Both the position numbers and the translations under genes were made by a program. This document shows positions 60,898-64,000 of a stretch of DNA of 64,000 bases, piece after piece. The stretch is taken from NCBI GenBank assembly GCA_965237415.1, contig CBDEFM010000002.1, positions 1,312,001-1,376,000 on the forward strand. The letters run 5' to 3'. Under the pieces are notes generated by a model. The model had not been told where the DNA came from. It ran no database searches and saw only the letters and a program-made list of their open reading frames with translations. Position 1 is the first letter of the stretch. Every line of letters starts with the position of its first letter. This stretch comes from Alphaproteobacteria bacterium (GTDB lineage: Bacteria; Pseudomonadota; Alphaproteobacteria; UBA828).

Positions 60898-61620
60898 TCA
60901 GCCCGGCGCGGGCCGTGCGCGTTGGTTGTAAAGGAGCTTGTGGCGGCGCTGCTTCTCTTCGTCCGAAAGCGTGTCGGGGTCTTCGGGCAGATCGGTGCCG
61001 ACCGCCATGCCCCGCTGCACTGCCTCCCGCGCCGACAGCTCCTCGTACCAGCGCTTGAAGTACTTGAACTCGTCCAGGTCCTGCCCCTGCGCCTCCCAAT
61101 ACACAGTCCAGGGGTAGGAGATCATGTCGGCGATGGTGTAGTCGTCGCCGGCCATATAGGGGCGGTCGTAGAGCCGGTTGTTCATCACGCCGTAGAGCCG
61201 GTTGACTTCGTTGCTGAAGCGGGTCAGCGCGTAGCTCTGGTCGCCCTCGTCGCCGCCGAGCCGGTTGAAGTGACCGCGCTCACCGAACTTGGGGCCCTGG
61301 TTCGCCATCTGCCACATGACCCACTGGTTGACCTCGTAGCGTCCGTGCAGGTCCTGCGGATAGAAGCGGCCGGCCTTCTCGGCGATGTACATCATCATTG
61401 CACCCGATTCGAAGATGCTGACCGGCGCGCCGCCGCCGGGCGGGTCGTCGTCCACCATCGCGGGCATGCGGTTGTTTGGGCTGATATTGAGGAATGCATC
61501 CTCGAACTGATCGCCCTTCCCGATATGGCAGGGGACGAGGCGGTAAGGCATCCCGCATTCCTCCAGCAGGACGGTCACCTTCTTGCCGTTGGGCGTCGGC
61601 CAGTAGTGCAGGTCGATCAT
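60898..61620 (-). CDS. Glutathione S-transferase, YfcG/YghU (Nu class)
   Basis: MIDLHYWPTPNGKKV, ISPNNRMPA.VD, FESGA, WQMAN.GP. Confidence 0.9.
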   Translation of the reverse strand: MIDLHYWPTPNGKKVTVLLEECGMPYRLVPCHIGKGDQFEDAFLNISPNNRMPAMVDDDPPGGGAPVSIFESGAMMMYIAEKAGRFYPQDLHGRYEVNQWVMWQMANQGPKFGERGHFNRLGGDEGDQSYALTRFSNEVNRLYGVMNNRLYDRPYMAGDDYTIADMISYPWTVYWEAQGQDLDEFKYFKRWYEELSAREAVQRGMAVGTDLPEDPDTLSDEEKQRRHKLLYNQRARPAPG

Positions 61621-61641
61621 GGGTTTCCTTTCCGGCTGAGA

Positions 61642-62229
61642 TCAGTCCCTGGGCGCCGTCGCGGCGACGCTGGGCCGGCTCTGCATCCCCTCGTACCACG
61701 CGGCCAGCGCCGGGCAGTCCGCCCGCCACGATGCGTCGTGGCGGAACTCCAGGTGGCCGATGCCGCAGATCACCGCGATATGGTCCATGCGGAACGACGC
61801 GGCGGAGAGAGCATCGGCCTCGGCATCGAGCGCTGCGGCGATCCGTCTCACCCGCTTCTCGTAGTGGGCCTTGAGGTTGACGCTCTGCTGGTCCGCCGGC
61901 TGGCGTTTCTGGAAGACCCAGGCGACGCTCGCCTCCGTGAGCGCCGTGCCGAGCGTCATGCGGCGCTGCCAGTCCAACCGGTCGGCCTCGGGGTAGAGCG
62001 TCGGGCCCTCGCCGATCTCGTCGAGATAGGTGCAGATGACGTGGCTGTCGTAGAGCACGGTCCCGTCGTTCAGCGCCAAAACGGGGATGAGCTTGGCCGG
62101 ATTGAGCCGTTCCAGCTCCTCGGACGTGAAGGGATTCATATTCTCGATGTCGAGCGCGATGTCATGCTCGTTTGCCACGATCGCGGCCTTCCGGCCGAAC
62201 GGCGTTGCCGGACTCGAATAGAGCTTCAT
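61642..62229 (-). CDS. Glutathione S-transferase family protein
   Basis: SPATPFGRK, NP...IPVL...DG..LYDS.VIC.YLD. Confidence 0.88.
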   Translation of the reverse strand: MKLYSSPATPFGRKAAIVANEHDIALDIENMNPFTSEELERLNPAKLIPVLALNDGTVLYDSHVICTYLDEIGEGPTLYPEADRLDWQRRMTLGTALTEASVAWVFQKRQPADQQSVNLKAHYEKRVRRIAAALDAEADALSAASFRMDHIAVICGIGHLEFRHDASWRADCPALAAWYEGMQSRPSVAATAPRD

Positions 62230-62447
62230 CGAATGCACCTCCCCGCTGGCCAGCGGGTCATAGACGGTCGCCGCACCGGTGTACAGCGCAGCCGGGAAGA
62301 ACGGCCGGTTAGCGATTGCGGGCGCCGGGGCAGGCGCCTAAGCTGCGCGGAGCGGCGTGAGTCGCCCGAAGCGGCGCGACGAATCTACCCCAGCGGCTGG
62401 GGCCCCCGGGACCGCAGCGGCGCACGCCAGAGGCGGAGGCTGAAACG

Positions 62448-63746
62448 ATGGCAGAGACTCTCTTCACGAATGTCAGGATTTTCGACGGCGGCGCCAAGCG
62501 CCCCTATGCGGGCGAGGTGATGCTCCAGGGCAACCTCATCAAGAATGTCGCCAAGGGTAAGGGCAAGATCAAGGCCAACGGCGCGACGGTGGTGGACGGC
62601 GCGGGCGCGACGCTGATGCCGGGGCTGGTCGAGCCCCATTCCCACGTCTGTTACATCGACAGCACGACCCTACCGGAGATCGGGCGCCTCTCGCCCGAGG
62701 AGCACATGGTGCTCGCGCTCGACAACGCGCGGACGATGCTCGACCAAGGCTTCACCAGCCTCTTCTCGGCTGCCGGCGTTGGCTACAACAAGCTCCGCAT
62801 CGAGCCGGTGCTGCGCGACGTGATCAATGCCGGGCGCTATCCGGGGCCGCGCATCAAGGCGGCCTCGCCCGAGATCGTGTCGTCCGGCGGGCTCGGCGAC
62901 GAGCGCATGTTCCACATGCACCAGGAATCGGTGGGCTACATCGCCGACGGGCCGGACGAGGTGCGCAAGGCCTGCCGCCTCTGCGTGCGCGAAGGCGTGG
63001 ATAACCTCAAGATCAACATCTCCGGCGACGAGTTCTGCCGTCCCGGACAGTCGGAGAGGATCACCTACTTCGATGCCGAGGTCGCCGCAGCGGTCGAAGT
63101 CGCGCGTGAGGCTGGCGTCAACATCATCACGCACGCCAGGGCCGACAAGGCGGTGCGGCTCGCGCTCAAGCACGGCATCGACATCATCTATCACGCGGAC
63201 TACGCGACGAATAAGACCCTCGACATGCTGGAGGCCAAGAAGAAGGACATCTACTTGGCGCCGGCGGTCGGTATCGTCTACACGTTCGCGCACGAGGCCG
63301 CCGAGTGGGGCATCACCCGCGAGGTCGCCGAGAGCTACAACATGTTCTACAAGATGGAGCACACGGTCCGCACCTACCAGGAGGTGCGCAAGCGCGGCAT
63401 TCGGGCCATGCCGGGCGGCGATTACGGCTTCGCCTGGAACCCGATCGGCGCCAATGCCCGCGACATGGAGCACTTCGTCAATCTGTTCGGCTACTCGCCG
63501 GCCGAGGCACTGATCGGCGCCACGAAGTGGGGCGGCGAGCTCATGGGGCTCAACGTCGGCATGGTCAAGGAGGGCTACCTCGCCGACCTGCTGCTGGTCG
63601 ACGGCGATCCTACCAAGGACGTCTCGATCATGCAGGATGCCGACAACCTGCTCATGATCATGAAGGACGGCTCCTATCACCGCGCGCCGAACGAGATCGC
63701 GCTGGCCAAGCGCCGGCGCGCGGCGGCGCCCGCCGCCGCCGAGTAG
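62448..63746 (+). CDS. Metal-dependent amidohydrolase (prolidase-like subgroup)
   Basis: TLMPGLVEPHSH, LKI..SG, HAR, IYHAD, GGDYG, G.LADLLLVDGDP. Confidence 0.88.
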   Translation: MAETLFTNVRIFDGGAKRPYAGEVMLQGNLIKNVAKGKGKIKANGATVVDGAGATLMPGLVEPHSHVCYIDSTTLPEIGRLSPEEHMVLALDNARTMLDQGFTSLFSAAGVGYNKLRIEPVLRDVINAGRYPGPRIKAASPEIVSSGGLGDERMFHMHQESVGYIADGPDEVRKACRLCVREGVDNLKINISGDEFCRPGQSERITYFDAEVAAAVEVAREAGVNIITHARADKAVRLALKHGIDIIYHADYATNKTLDMLEAKKKDIYLAPAVGIVYTFAHEAAEWGITREVAESYNMFYKMEHTVRTYQEVRKRGIRAMPGGDYGFAWNPIGANARDMEHFVNLFGYSPAEALIGATKWGGELMGLNVGMVKEGYLADLLLVDGDPTKDVSIMQDADNLLMIMKDGSYHRAPNEIALAKRRRAAAPAAAE

Positions 63747-63770
63747 GCCGCGCGGGGCGAGCCGCATCGA

Positions 63771-63813
63771 GGGCCGGGGACCCTTTCCGCCGCCGGCGGA
63801 AGGCCCCGGTCCC
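63771..63813 (+). terminator. GC-rich hairpin, possible terminator
   Basis: GGGCCGGGG-accctTTCCGCCgccGGCGGAAgg-CCCCGGTCCC followed by GTTT. Confidence 0.4.
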
Positions 63814-63863
63814 GTTTCGGCGCCGCGCCGCGCAGCCCGCGAACGGGGGGTGGGACCGGCCCC

Positions 63864-64000
63864 GTGAAGCTGAGCGACGAGCAGCTTGAGGCCTTCCGCC
63901 GGGACGGCCTGCTGATTCTCCCCGGCCTTTTCTCCGCAGACGAGGTGGCGGCGATCCGCGCCGCGCTGCCGCCGCTCTTCGACGAGGAGTGCGAGGCCAA
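63864..64000 (+). CDS. Phytanoyl-CoA dioxygenase (PhyH/EctD-like) family, 5' part (partial)
   Basis: MKLSDEQLEAFRRDGLLILPGLFSADEVAAIR is a typical PhyH N-terminus; runs off the window end. Confidence 0.75.
   Translation, partial: MKLSDEQLEAFRRDGLLILPGLFSADEVAAIRAALPPLFDEECEA

Noticed and set aside
1428-63767. Many long alternative-frame and antisense ORFs (e.g. 1428-3461+, 5888-8209-, 28642-30714+, 54824-57385+, 60922-62520+)
   Set aside because: Typical high-GC shadow ORFs over well-supported genes, with no recognisable motifs
1-64000. tRNA, rRNA, riboswitch or integrase genes
   Set aside because: None recognised by eye; tRNAscan-SE and Infernal/Rfam scans would be needed to exclude them

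Overview
GC-rich bacterial chromosome segment, most likely from an alphaproteobacterium (petABC, NADP-icd, the LysM/LOG neighbourhood and alphaproteobacterial palindromic repeats point that way). Bases 1-39 kb are mostly housekeeping and metabolic: bolA, split transketolase, thpR, tesA/ybbAP, korAB with an FprA-type reductase, icd, fhs, petABC, a hydantoinase A/B pair and an aminotransferase. This part also holds a divergent toluene-4-monooxygenase-like tmoABCD cluster with no beta subunit or reductase, and a LysM protein expanded by about 21 copies of a 33-aa acidic repeat. Roughly 39-53 kb is an accessory island with MITEs, nested IS21 elements and pseudogenes. Its core is an intact four-gene operon: unknown protein, degenerate BrxD/DUF2791-like pseudo-ATPase, intact BrxD/DUF2791-like ATPase and a SNF2 helicase with an unknown N-terminal domain. 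A decayed Type IIG restriction-modification-like gene follows it. This operon is the best candidate for an undescribed defence-type system. The last 11 kb carry catabolic and detoxification genes (fused oxoprolinase, MOSC, MlrC, LLM, two GSTs, amidohydrolase, PhyH). All family calls come from recognising motifs by eye, not from database searches.
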